Made by a program: the position numbers and the translations under genes. A stretch of 63,107 nt of DNA from Clostridia bacterium (GTDB lineage Bacteria > Bacillota > Clostridia > UBA1212), in the NCBI GenBank assembly GCA_017848335.1, contig JAGDAX010000052.1, positions 1 through 63,107 of the forward strand, given 5' to 3'. The notes beneath the pieces were generated by a model. It saw only the letters and a list, made by a program, of their open reading frames with translations, was not told where the DNA came from and ran no database searches. Positions 49,431-59,108 of this stretch are shown piece by piece; positions within the stretch are counted from its first letter, which is position 1, and each line of letters starts with the position of its first letter.

Positions 49431-49988
49431 ATGGACGCAAACGTAATCGAAGTTTTCATAAAGGCTCGCAAAAACCGCCTTCTGCCGCTTTATTATGCGT
49501 TGATACTTGCGGCGGCGCTGGTATTGTCGGGCGTGGTATATTACTTATACCGTCTCATCGGATTCTTCCTGGTGGTCATTATCTGCGCCATCGCCTTTTA
49601 CCTTATCCTCATACTGCGCAAATTCAACGACCTGGAATACGAGGTCTCGATTGTTTCCGGGGAAATGACTGTTTCCGAGATTCGCAATCAGACCAGACGC
49701 AGGCAGCTTGCAAAATTCCACGTCAAGGATATCCAGAGCTTTAAGATTATCGGCAAGGAGGACCTTCCTGCGGGCAAGGGCGGCGGGCAGAAGTCAGAAC
49801 ACACCAAATTGCTCTGCTGCGTAGGGGACTATTCGGCAGACGACTCGCCGGAGATCTATTCCTTTTCGGTGAGAAACGCGGAGAACGGAATCACTTATCA
49901 GGTGTATATGGACGTTGATGACGAACGTGTCATTGACGAGATGGTATCAAAGTGCTTTGAGGTAAGACGAGCCCTGAAAAGAATTTAG
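49431..49988 (+). CDS. Conserved hypothetical membrane protein (DUF6106-like)
   Basis: 2 N-terminal TM then LEYEVSIVSGEMTVSEIRNQTRRRQL. Confidence 0.55.
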   Translation: MDANVIEVFIKARKNRLLPLYYALILAAALVLSGVVYYLYRLIGFFLVVIICAIAFYLILILRKFNDLEYEVSIVSGEMTVSEIRNQTRRRQLAKFHVKDIQSFKIIGKEDLPAGKGGGQKSEHTKLLCCVGDYSADDSPEIYSFSVRNAENGITYQVYMDVDDERVIDEMVSKCFEVRRALKRI

Positions 49989-50148
49989 ACAGGCTCCGGC
50001 ATTATCTTCTCTGAGCGCAAAATTTAACATATTTTAACATATTTTAACTTTCGGGGCTTATAATAAGTCTGTACGGCGGTTTGACCGGAGCCGCCCTGAT
50101 TCAGCCTTCCTCTTTAGGGCCGCGAACGGAAACGCAGGTTAGGTATAA

Positions 50149-51405
50149 ATGAAAAACACAAATCGAAAAGCAAACAGTTTTTTAAGGGTGTTCACAAACA
50201 TATTCATTGTGTTTTTTGTGGTTGTATATATAATGTTCCTTCTGCCTGCCGTTAAGTTTATGAACAACGGGCTGTCGAAGCATCCGGAGCCCTCCGAAAA
50301 GGTGGACGTAACGGTCAACCGGGACGACAACCTTATCGATATGTCGGCTCTTCTCGAGGAAGAGGAAACAGGGACGCCCGAAGATCCCGAGGAAACTCCT
50401 CCGGACACTGAACATACTTCTCCGGTACCTGAGGATTCGACCGCCAAGCCTACGGAGCCCCCCACGGCCACACCGGACCCCTCCGACGTCAATGTGGATA
50501 ATCCGGGAGGATCTTCCAAAGCTCCTTATTCTGATCCTATTGTCGACGGCGTGCTGCGTACTGTCGGCGGAAACGTAAAGCTTGAGCCGGACGCCAAAAA
50601 CCTGCTGGTGCTCGGCCACGACGTGCGATCCAATCTTACGGACACCATTATCGTGTACAGTATTTGCGAGCGGCTCCATTCCATAACGGTGCTGTCGCTC
50701 TCCAGGGACGCCTACGTGCCTTACAGAGGCGCAGTCCAGAGCTACCTTGTTTCTTCCGGTCTCTCGAAAAGCCCTGGAATGTACAAGCTCAATGCCTGCT
50801 ACGCCATCGGTTCCTTTATCAAATACAACGGCGGCAAATTCGGCAATTCGGGCATTGATTTTCTGTGCCATATTATCACGGAAATGATGCCCCAGGCGAA
50901 TATGCACATTGACGATTACATATTCATCAACCCGGACGGCCTTGAGGGCTTTGTGGATTATTTCGGGGGAGTGGACGTTTATTTTTCTGAGGACCGCTGG
51001 ATCCCCTCAAACGGCACGACCACCGTCCTGAAGTACACACAGGGCTGGCACCATCTCAACGGAGCCGAGGCCGTGAATTACGTGCGCACCAGGGCGAGGT
51101 ACGACGAAACGGGCAGAATTCCGTCCGAGGGCGACCCTTACCGCAAGTCCAACCAGCTTCGCTTCGTAAAGGACTTCCTGACGCAGATCATAACTATCGA
51201 GAATCTCGGGCGCATCAGTGAGATCTTCGACGAGGCCTCCAAGTTTATGTACCACAGTATAAGGTCCGCGTCGCAGCTGGCGACGTACACGCGAATGGCC
51301 AGAGATTTTGCGCACGACAAGTATTCCGTCGAGTCGTACGTGGTCAGCGGCAAATCCATCAATCCGCTGGGTGACGGAGCCAGCTACGTGAGCCTGATGT
51401 ATTAA
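50149..51405 (+). CDS. LCP (LytR-CpsA-Psr) family glycopolymer transferase
   Basis: TM plus Pro/Thr linker; NLLVLGHD..SNLTDTII, LSLSRDAYV, KLNACY, HLNGAEAVNYVRTR, GDPYRKSNQ. Confidence 0.85.
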   Translation: MKNTNRKANSFLRVFTNIFIVFFVVVYIMFLLPAVKFMNNGLSKHPEPSEKVDVTVNRDDNLIDMSALLEEEETGTPEDPEETPPDTEHTSPVPEDSTAKPTEPPTATPDPSDVNVDNPGGSSKAPYSDPIVDGVLRTVGGNVKLEPDAKNLLVLGHDVRSNLTDTIIVYSICERLHSITVLSLSRDAYVPYRGAVQSYLVSSGLSKSPGMYKLNACYAIGSFIKYNGGKFGNSGIDFLCHIITEMMPQANMHIDDYIFINPDGLEGFVDYFGGVDVYFSEDRWIPSNGTTTVLKYTQGWHHLNGAEAVNYVRTRARYDETGRIPSEGDPYRKSNQLRFVKDFLTQIITIENLGRISEIFDEASKFMYHSIRSASQLATYTRMARDFAHDKYSVESYVVSGKSINPLGDGASYVSLMY

Positions 51406-51709
51406 GAACGCGCTGCGGCGGGCGGATATTCCCACGGGCGACTGTGTGGGAGACTGCTGACGTTCGCGGCGGATCGCGGAAATTTCGCGGGAATCAACGG
51501 GCGTTCGCATGGATTCGCGGGATCATCGCGGATCCATCGGCCTAAAAGTGGCGTTCGCGTCATTCGCGCATTGATCACATGGTCACGCGCATACGTGCTC
51601 AAGCTTATTGCATTTTTCTTGTTTTTTTGGTAAAATACGTGAGGTTATTGGTGTGGCATTGCTCTATGTCAGCGCCAAAGCTTTTTTTATATAACAAAGG
51701 AGAATTGAT

Positions 51710-53218
51710 ATGGCTTTTATTTATCCGGAACCGTCACACACGTTTAATGAGTATCTGCTTCTTCCTGGATATACCTCCAAAGAGCATATTCCTGCGAATG
51801 TCTCGCTGAAGACTCCGCTCGTGAGATTCAGAAAAGGGGAGAAGGCGCCTCTTTCGCTTAACGTGCCTATGGTTTCAGCCATTATGCAGGCTGTTTCCGA
51901 CGACAATATGGCGGTGGCGCTGGCAAAATGCGGCGGGCTTTCATTTATTTTCGGCTCACAAAGCATCGAGTCCGAGGCCGAGATGGTGCGAAAAGTCAAA
52001 AATTACAAATCCGGATTTGTGGTCAGCAAGTCCAATCTCAAGCCGGACGACACGCTGGAGGACGTTATCAGGCTCAAGAATGCCAACGGCTTCTCCACTA
52101 TCGCCATCACCGAGGACGGTACCTGCACCGGAAAGCTTCTCGGTATCGTGACAAGCCGCGACTACAGGCCCAGCCGTATGACCGGCAAGGAAAAGGTCAG
52201 AGAGTTTATGACGCCCTTTGAGAAGCTGGTCTACGCCAGGGAAGGCGTTACGCTCAAGGAGGCCAACGATATCATCTGGGACAGCAAGATCAATTCGCTG
52301 CCCATAATCGACGAGGCCGGCAACCTGAAATATTTCGTGTTCCGAAAGGATTACGACGTTCACAAGGACAACCCTGACGAGCTTCTGGACGACAACAAGC
52401 GCTACGTCGTGGGCGCGGGCATCAACAGCCGCGATTATAAGGAACGCGTGCCTGCTCTCGTTGAGGCGGGTGCGGACGTGCTTTGCATCGATTCCTCGGA
52501 GGGCTATTCCGAGTGGCAAAAGGAAACCATCGGTTGGATCCGCGAGCGCTACGGCGAGTCCGTCAAGGTGGGCGCTGGCAACGTGGTGGACGGCGAGTCC
52601 TTCAGGTATCTTGCTGACGCAGGCGCTGACTTCGTTAAGATCGGTATCGGCGGCGGTTCGATATGCATTACCCGTGAGCAAAAAGGCATAGGCCGCGGAC
52701 AGGCCACAGCCGTCATCGAGGTGGCTGCCGAGAGGGACAAATATTTCGAGGAGACAGGCATTTACGTGCCTCTCTGCGCCGACGGCGGCATAGTTTTCGA
52801 TTATCATATCACGCTTGCTCTTGCGATGGGAGCGGATTTCGTGATGCTGGGAAGGTACTTCGCGCGGTTCGACGAGAGCCCCGCCGCCAAGGTGAACATC
52901 AACGGCACCTATTACAAGGAATACTGGGGCGAGGGTTCCAACAGGGCGCGCAACTGGCAGCGTTACGACATGGGCGGCGCCTCCAAGCTTTCCTTCGAGG
53001 AGGGCGTTGACTCCTACGTACCTTACGCCGGCAAGATGAGCGACAATATTTCACTCACCCTGGGCAAGGTGCGCTCGACCATGTGCAACTGCGGCGTTCT
53101 TTCCATCGGGGATTTCCACAAGAATGCCAAGCTGACAATGGTCAGCGCAACAAGCATCGTCGAGGGCGGCGCGCACGACGTCATTCTCAAGGACAACGGC
53201 TACGCGAAGCTGAAATGA
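51710..53218 (+). CDS. guaB: IMP dehydrogenase
   Basis: [11 protein letters not shown] pair, [26 protein letters not shown] (catalytic Cys), [12 protein letters not shown]. Confidence 0.96.
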   Translation: MAFIYPEPSHTFNEYLLLPGYTSKEHIPANVSLKTPLVRFRKGEKAPLSLNVPMVSAIMQAVSDDNMAVALAKCGGLSFIFGSQSIESEAEMVRKVKNYKSGFVVSKSNLKPDDTLEDVIRLKNANGFSTIAITEDGTCTGKLLGIVTSRDYRPSRMTGKEKVREFMTPFEKLVYAREGVTLKEANDIIWDSKINSLPIIDEAGNLKYFVFRKDYDVHKDNPDELLDDNKRYVVGAGINSRDYKERVPALVEAGADVLCIDSSEGYSEWQKETIGWIRERYGESVKVGAGNVVDGESFRYLADAGADFVKIGIGGGSICITREQKGIGRGQATAVIEVAAERDKYFEETGIYVPLCADGGIVFDYHITLALAMGADFVMLGRYFARFDESPAAKVNINGTYYKEYWGEGSNRARNWQRYDMGGASKLSFEEGVDSYVPYAGKMSDNISLTLGKVRSTMCNCGVLSIGDFHKNAKLTMVSATSIVEGGAHDVILKDNGYAKLK

Positions 53219-53705
53219 CGGGTGACGAAGCGTTGATACTAAGGAATGCTTAATTCTTAACTGCCTGAGCGGCAAAGCGGCTTTATGACGCGGCCCCGGC
53301 GCAGTTTGGCCGAGGTCCGGCCGGAGTCCTGCAGCGGTTCGGTCACGGCTCTTTTGCAGGCAGACAGCGGTTCTGCAGGCAGACAGCGGTTCGGCGGCGG
53401 TTTGCTTATGACTCGTACAGGGCCGGTACAAGGCTTGTTCAAGGCTTGTTCACGGCTTGCACACGATCCGGGTCAGGATCAAACGCACACAGCTTTTTCA
53501 CACTTAAAAAACATTTCAAACACAGAAACCTTAAATGAATTAAATTACGGGATGGACTGATTTTTCCGTCCCGTGTGTAGTTTTTTGCAGGTTATCAGCT
53601 AAAAACGATTGTAAAATTATATTGTAAATTTCAGGGGAAATATTTTAAATAGACTAACGGAAATTGATTATAGACACACAGAATTTCAGAAACGGAGTAA
53701 TTAGT

Positions 53706-54191
53706 ATGACAAATGACGGAGCACTCTACTATACCAGAAAAGGATATGAGGAAGAGAAAGCCAAGCTTGAATATCTTAAAGGTGAAAAGAGAGACGAGAT
53801 CATAAAGCGCATTGAGACCGCCCGCGGCTTTGGGGATCTTTCCGAAAATGCCGAATATGACGAGGCCCGCAAAGACCAGCGCGAGAATGAAGCCGAGATC
53901 CAGAGGCTTGAAGCGCGTCTTTCCAACGTTATCATATATGACGAAAACGATCTCAGCTGCGACAGTGTTCAGATCGGACATTTCGTGACAGTCGAGTGCC
54001 TTTGGAACAGCAAGGTCGTGGAATACCAGCTGGTAGGCTCCGCGGAGGCGAATCCTCTGGAGGGCAAGATATCCAACGCGGCCCCCGTCGGCATTGCGAT
54101 CTCAGGCAAAAAAGTCGGCGACGTGGTGGACGTTACGGTGCCCAACGGCATCAGGCAGTATAAGATACTGAAGATCAGGACGCCGGACTGA
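53706..54191 (+). CDS. greA: Transcription elongation factor GreA
   Basis: ARGFGDLSENAEYDEAR, LVGSAEANPLEGKISNAAPVG; probable start ATG 53706. Confidence 0.96.
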   Translation: MTNDGALYYTRKGYEEEKAKLEYLKGEKRDEIIKRIETARGFGDLSENAEYDEARKDQRENEAEIQRLEARLSNVIIYDENDLSCDSVQIGHFVTVECLWNSKVVEYQLVGSAEANPLEGKISNAAPVGIAISGKKVGDVVDVTVPNGIRQYKILKIRTPD

Positions 54192-54239
54192 TATTTTTGC
54201 AAAGCTGCTGCTTCGCAGGACTGAAGAGGCTTTGAGCCC

Positions 54240-54338
54240 AAGCCGCAGCCAAAGCGGACGCTTCAATAGCCGAAAGCCGCAGCCAAAGCGGATGCTTCAA
54301 TAGCCGAAGCCGCAGCCAAAGCGGATGCTTCAATAGCC
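54240..54338. repeat. Three tandem 33-34 bp direct repeats
   Basis: AAGCCGCAGCCAAAGCGGAYGCTTCAATAGCC(GA) starting at 54240, 54274 and 54307. Confidence 0.9.
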
Positions 54339-54555
54339 CGGGACGGCGGCTTTCTTTACGGGGAGGCGCATGCTTCGGAAGGCAGATACTTTTCCGTAAG
54401 GGAGAAGCTGTCTTTCGGAAGGCAGACACTTCCTGCGGAGGAGTAAAATTTCGGCGGAAGTAGGGCACTTGCCGCGAAAAAACGAAATAGCAGACAGCAC
54501 AGCCGCCGACGCCTTAACGGGCCGGCCGCTTACTATAAAACTAAAGGTGAATACT

Positions 54556-56562
54556 ATGGCAGACAATACCATTCAAAATCCCATAAACGACGAGGCTCAG
54601 GACGTTCAGATGTCCGAGCAGATGCAGATAAGGCGCGACAAGCTTGCGGATTTGAGAAGCCGCGGCATCGACCCTTATACGATTACCAAATATGACCGCA
54701 CGCACCTTTCTTCGGAGATATTAGACAGCTTCGAAGCGCTGGAGAACAAAACGGTCTCCGTGGCCGGACGGCTCATGTCCAAGAGGATCATGGGGAAGGC
54801 CGCTTTTGGACATATTCTCGATAAGAACGGACAGCTTCAGATATATGTTTCCAGGGACTCCCTGGGAGACGACAGCTACAGCCTTTTTAAGACATACGAT
54901 CTGGGCGACATACTGGGCATCAAGGGCTTCGTGTTTAAAACGAGGACCGGCGAGATCTCCGTGCACGCCGAGGAGGTGGTGCTGCTCACCAAGGCGCTCA
55001 ATCCGCTGCCCGAGAAGTTCCACGGGATCCAGGACACGGACACCAGGTACCGCAAGAGATACCTTGACCTTATTTCCACGCCGGAGACGCGGGAAACGTT
55101 TATCAAGCGCTCTCAGATCATCAGGGAGATCAGGAACTTTCTGGACGACAGGGGCTTTATGGAGGTCGAGACGCCTATTCTCGTGCCCAACGCGGGAGGC
55201 GCGGCTGCAAGGCCCTTCGAGACGCATTTCAACGCCCTTGACGAGGACGTGAAGCTCAGGATTTCGCTTGAGCTTTACCTCAAGAGGCTCATTGTCGGCG
55301 GGCTCGAGAAGGTTTACGAGATCGGACGCGTTTTCAGGAACGAGGGCGTGGACACGAGGCACAACCCCGAATTTACGCTGATGGAGCTTTACCAGGCATA
55401 TACCGACTACAACGGAATGATGGAGCTCACCGAATCGCTTTTCAGATACCTTGCCGACAAGGTCAACGGTACCTGCGAGGTCAAATACGGCGGGAACGTG
55501 CTGGATTTCGGAAAGCCCTTCAGGCGCCTGACAATGATCGACGCGGTCAGGGAGTATGCCGGCGTCGATTTCGATACCGTCAAGGATACCGAGGAGGCCA
55601 GGAGGCTTGCTGACGAGCACCACGTGCAGTACGAGGCGCGGCACGGCAAGGGCGACATTCTCAACCTGTTCTTTGAGGAATTCTGCGAGGACAAGCTGAT
55701 CCAGCCGACGTTTATTCTCGATCATCCTGTGGATATTTCGCCGCTCACAAAGAGAAAGCCCGACAAGCCGGACTACGTGGAGCGCTTCGAGCTCTTCATA
55801 AACGGGTGGGAAATGTGCAACGCCTACTCGGAGCTGAACGATCCCATTGACCAGCGCGAGCGCTTCGCGGCACAGGACGCGGCATTTGCGGCAGGGGACG
55901 AGGAAGCCAACCACACAGACGAGGATTTCCTTAACGCGCTCGAGATCGGTATGCCTCCCACGGGCGGCATCGGCTACGGCATCGACAGGCTTGTGATGCT
56001 GCTTACCGACAGCCCCGCTATCCGGGACGTTTTATTGTTCCCCACGATGAAGAGCATCAAGACGCCGCAGGAGCAAAACGGTGTACAGAAATCAGGCGAG
56101 ACCGCAACAGCAGAAGCGGTTCCCGAAAATGCGCCTGCAGTCAAAGTTAACGACCCGTCCATGCCGATTTTTGACGCGAATAAGCCGGATCTTGAAAGCC
56201 TTGCGATCGAGCCGCTGTTTGAGGATCTGGTCGATTTTGAGACCTTCTCCAGGAGCGATTTTCGCGCCGTCAAGGTCAAGGACTGCGTTGCTGTTCCGAA
56301 GAGCAAGAAGCTCCTTCAGTTCACGCTGGACGACGGAACAGGCACGGATCGCACGATACTCAGCGGCATTCATGCCTTTTACGAGCCGGAGCAGCTCATC
56401 GGCAAGACCTGCATCGCGATCACGAATCTGCCTCCCCGAAAGATGATGGGCATCGATTCCTGCGGCATGCTGATCAGCGCCGTTCACAAGGAAGGCGAAG
56501 AGGAAAAGCTGCACCTTCTGATGGTGGATCCGTGCATTCCGGCGGGCGCGAAGCTGTACTGA
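54556..56562 (+). CDS. lysS: Class II lysyl-tRNA synthetase with C-terminal tRNA-binding OB-fold (MetRS C-terminal/Trbp111-like)
   Basis: Start ATG 54556; LPEKFHG, RYRKRYLDL, GGAAARPF, YEIGRVFRNEG, HNPEFT, GMPPTGGIGYGIDR; tail DFRAVKV...KKLLQFTLDDG...RTILSGI...NLPPRKMMG..SCGM. Confidence 0.96.
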   Translation: MADNTIQNPINDEAQDVQMSEQMQIRRDKLADLRSRGIDPYTITKYDRTHLSSEILDSFEALENKTVSVAGRLMSKRIMGKAAFGHILDKNGQLQIYVSRDSLGDDSYSLFKTYDLGDILGIKGFVFKTRTGEISVHAEEVVLLTKALNPLPEKFHGIQDTDTRYRKRYLDLISTPETRETFIKRSQIIREIRNFLDDRGFMEVETPILVPNAGGAAARPFETHFNALDEDVKLRISLELYLKRLIVGGLEKVYEIGRVFRNEGVDTRHNPEFTLMELYQAYTDYNGMMELTESLFRYLADKVNGTCEVKYGGNVLDFGKPFRRLTMIDAVREYAGVDFDTVKDTEEARRLADEHHVQYEARHGKGDILNLFFEEFCEDKLIQPTFILDHPVDISPLTKRKPDKPDYVERFELFINGWEMCNAYSELNDPIDQRERFAAQDAAFAAGDEEANHTDEDFLNALEIGMPPTGGIGYGIDRLVMLLTDSPAIRDVLLFPTMKSIKTPQEQNGVQKSGETATAEAVPENAPAVKVNDPSMPIFDANKPDLESLAIEPLFEDLVDFETFSRSDFRAVKVKDCVAVPKSKKLLQFTLDDGTGTDRTILSGIHAFYEPEQLIGKTCIAITNLPPRKMMGIDSCGMLISAVHKEGEEEKLHLLMVDPCIPAGAKLY

Positions 56563-56683
56563 TATTTTATTGAAAGCGGGCCCTCCTGTTTGATATGGAT
56601 GGGCTCTGTTTTTTGGATCGCGGGAGCGGAGCTTCGTGCGGGCTTTGCTTTTACGGAGAGCTCTTTTTAGGCAAGCGCGGCAT

Positions 56684-56732
56684 TTGGTAAAAAAGTTTTT
56701 TTGGTAAAAAGTTTTTTTGGTAAAAGGTTTTT
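56684..56732. repeat. Three 16-17 bp AT-rich direct repeats abutting the radical SAM start codon
   Basis: TTGGTAAAAAAGTTTTT / TTGGTAAAAAGTTTTT / TTGGTAAAAGGTTTTT then ATG. Confidence 0.8.
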
Positions 56733-58229
56733 ATGAGAGAACTGTTCAAACCCGATCGGATCCTGTCGAATATTCTGCCTGAACAGAAGCTGAAGCAGGG
56801 CGCAGATTACGTCCTGTCGCAGTTTGTTCTCCCATACGAAACCGGCGGGAGGGTGCTTCTTTGCAACGTATTGACGCACCGGATCATCGAGCTGAACGAA
56901 GCCGCCGGTGAAGGGTACGGAATGCGCTTCACGGGCAGCGAGGTCGGGGACAGTGAGCTTCTGACAACGCTTGTGAAATGGTATTTCCTTGTACCGGAGG
57001 GCAAGGACGAATGCGCTTTCTACGAGGGGATTTCCCGCATGATGAGGGCGTACACCAGGCCCAAAGGCGTGAACAGCTACGTGATCATGCCGACGCTGGG
57101 GTGCAACGCCAGGTGCGTTTACTGCTACGAGGAGGGCATGGAGCAGACCTCGATGACCCCGGAGACCGTTGAGCAGACCGCGCGTTTTATTCTCGAGACC
57201 AACAGCAATAAGACTATCCGCATCAACTGGTTTGGCGGTGAGCCTCTGGCAGGCGAGCCGGCGATTGACCGGATCTGCGGGATCCTTCGCGGGGCCGGCG
57301 CAAGCTACAGGAGCAGCATGATCTCCAACGGAAGCCTGATCACCGCTGAGACCGTCAGAAAAATGAAGGACCTCTGGAACGTCAGGGACATCCAGATCTC
57401 GATGGACGGAGCCGAACAGGATTATTGCGCCCGCAAGAATTATACCTTCGGGGGCAGCTGCTACCGCCGTGTCATGAATTCCGTCAGCGCCATGAGCGAG
57501 GCCGGGATCCGGGTCGTGATCCGCTGCAACGTAGACGCGGACAACTGGACGGGGATACCGCAATTTCTGGACGATCTCAAGGGCGAGGTCGGTCACAAGG
57601 ATAACGTCGCTGTGTATTTCAGTCCGCTTAATGCGATTCGGGCGAGCGTTGACGACGTTACGATGTGGAGCAGGATCGTCGCGGCGAGGCCGATGGTTGA
57701 GGCCGCCGGCTTTAAGCCCGCCGATTATCTCGGGTTCGGCAGCAGATTCCGCATTTCCCACTGTATCGCAGACGCAGGAAGCGCAGTCGTGGCGCCGGAC
57801 GGCAGCCTTTATCTGTGCGAGCATTGTGTTCCGGAGAGCCGCTATGGGGACGTTTTCCGGGGAGTCACCGACAAGGCGGCGATGGATGCATTCGCGCGGA
57901 CGGACTTCACACGCGAGAAGTGCCGGAAATGCCCGTTCCTGCCCGATTGCACAAGCTTTTCCGCGTGCCCCGTGGAGGATTTTCATTGCAGGGAAGTCAA
58001 GGAAATGCTTGCAAAGGATATGTTGAAACTGCTGGATGAAAAGAGTTATAATATAGGTGCTCCGATGGGGGAGGCGCGTTCTGCCGGTCTTGGTGAATGC
58101 GGCGCCGAGGATTCCCACGGGAGCGGCTTCGGGGACAGCTTAAAGGATCGATTCGAAAATGCCCCCGGGGATGGCTTCGATAATGGCCCGGAGGACGGAT
58201 TCGGGGCGAGAGCAGGATCTTTGTGCTGA
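56733..58229 (+). CDS. Radical SAM/SPASM-domain peptide maturase
   Basis: CNARCVYC (C124/C128/C131), WFGGEPL, QISMDG; SPASM C-x12-G-x4-C ... CxxC-x5-C-x5-C-x6-C; N-terminal LLCNVLTHRIIEL RRE-like extension. Confidence 0.92.
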   Translation: MRELFKPDRILSNILPEQKLKQGADYVLSQFVLPYETGGRVLLCNVLTHRIIELNEAAGEGYGMRFTGSEVGDSELLTTLVKWYFLVPEGKDECAFYEGISRMMRAYTRPKGVNSYVIMPTLGCNARCVYCYEEGMEQTSMTPETVEQTARFILETNSNKTIRINWFGGEPLAGEPAIDRICGILRGAGASYRSSMISNGSLITAETVRKMKDLWNVRDIQISMDGAEQDYCARKNYTFGGSCYRRVMNSVSAMSEAGIRVVIRCNVDADNWTGIPQFLDDLKGEVGHKDNVAVYFSPLNAIRASVDDVTMWSRIVAARPMVEAAGFKPADYLGFGSRFRISHCIADAGSAVVAPDGSLYLCEHCVPESRYGDVFRGVTDKAAMDAFARTDFTREKCRKCPFLPDCTSFSACPVEDFHCREVKEMLAKDMLKLLDEKSYNIGAPMGEARSAGLGECGAEDSHGSGFGDSLKDRFENAPGDGFDNGPEDGFGARAGSLC

Positions 58230-58244
58230 GAAAGGCTGCTTGAC

Positions 58245-58505
58245 ATGAAGCTGAGAGATCAATTTATCACACAGGATTTAGATGATATACAATATTTGAT
58301 TCCCGTTGGCGGTGAAGCCTTCAGCGGTATTGTTCGCAGCAATAAAACCGCTGCTTTCATTGTCGAGCGCCTTAAGAGCGAAACTACCGAGGAGCTGATA
58401 GTTGACGCCCTTTTTGAAAGATTCGACGCGCCAAGGGAAGAAATTGCAAAAGACGTCAGGGACATTCTCGACATTTTGCGCGGGATCAACGCCCTTGAGG
58501 AATAG
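58245..58505 (+). CDS. Stand-alone PqqD-family RiPP recognition element (RRE)
   Basis: 86 aa; YLIPVG...NKTAAFIVERL...IVDALFERFDA..EEIAKDVRDILDIL winged-helix pattern. Confidence 0.85.
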   Translation: MKLRDQFITQDLDDIQYLIPVGGEAFSGIVRSNKTAAFIVERLKSETTEELIVDALFERFDAPREEIAKDVRDILDILRGINALEE

Positions 58506-58637
58506 ATTTCCGTGAGGATTCGCAGGAATTCGCAGGAAGGTGCGAAGAACTGTTGCGGGCTTTTTGATTTCAATAACATTTATATCATGTTTCTGCTGTA
58601 AAAGATGACGTTATGATACCGGAAGGGATGGGAGTCA

Positions 58638-58838
58638 ATGTCAAAGGGAAAATATGAAAAACCGGTGATGGATGTCGTGAGTTTTAAGACGGATATAATC
58701 ACAACGTCAGGTTGTCCGCCGGTCGGAATCTGCATAGACGTATCTCCGTGCAGCTCATACGGCACGTGTTCGCCTGATATTATTATCATTCCTTGCGATT
58801 CCGGGTGTAATGATAACTTGCATAATCATACGCTTTGA
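58638..58838 (+). CDS. Putative RiPP precursor peptide (YxxP leader, six-Cys core)
   Basis: GGAG RBS; leader KYEKPVMDVVSFKTDIITTS; core GCPPVGICIDVSPCSSYGTCSPDIIIIPCDSGC... Confidence 0.8.
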   Translation: MSKGKYEKPVMDVVSFKTDIITTSGCPPVGICIDVSPCSSYGTCSPDIIIIPCDSGCNDNLHNHTL

Positions 58839-59108
58839 GGGGTGCGAGTTATGTGTCCCCTGTCTGGCGAAAAGGAGTCCGCGTCTGCATTTTAAGACAC
58901 GAACGGTTCACGCGAAAGCGTGCTCAGTGAGAGGCTTAATATGCTGCGCGGTGGCCAGAGACCACCGCGCGTTCTGCCCTCAAGGCTCATAATTCGATGC
59001 TCATGGCTCGATTCCTTATATTCCGCAAATCAATTTTTACATTCCGATTCTTACAACAGTCATTGCGTTGCTTTCATAAATCATAGCTTATAATTTTAGA
59101 CCGTTATT

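Noticed and set aside
54240-54338. CRISPR mini-array
   Set aside because: The repeats are contiguous with no unique spacers, and no cas genes are present; the same applies to the arrays at 21039 and 29860
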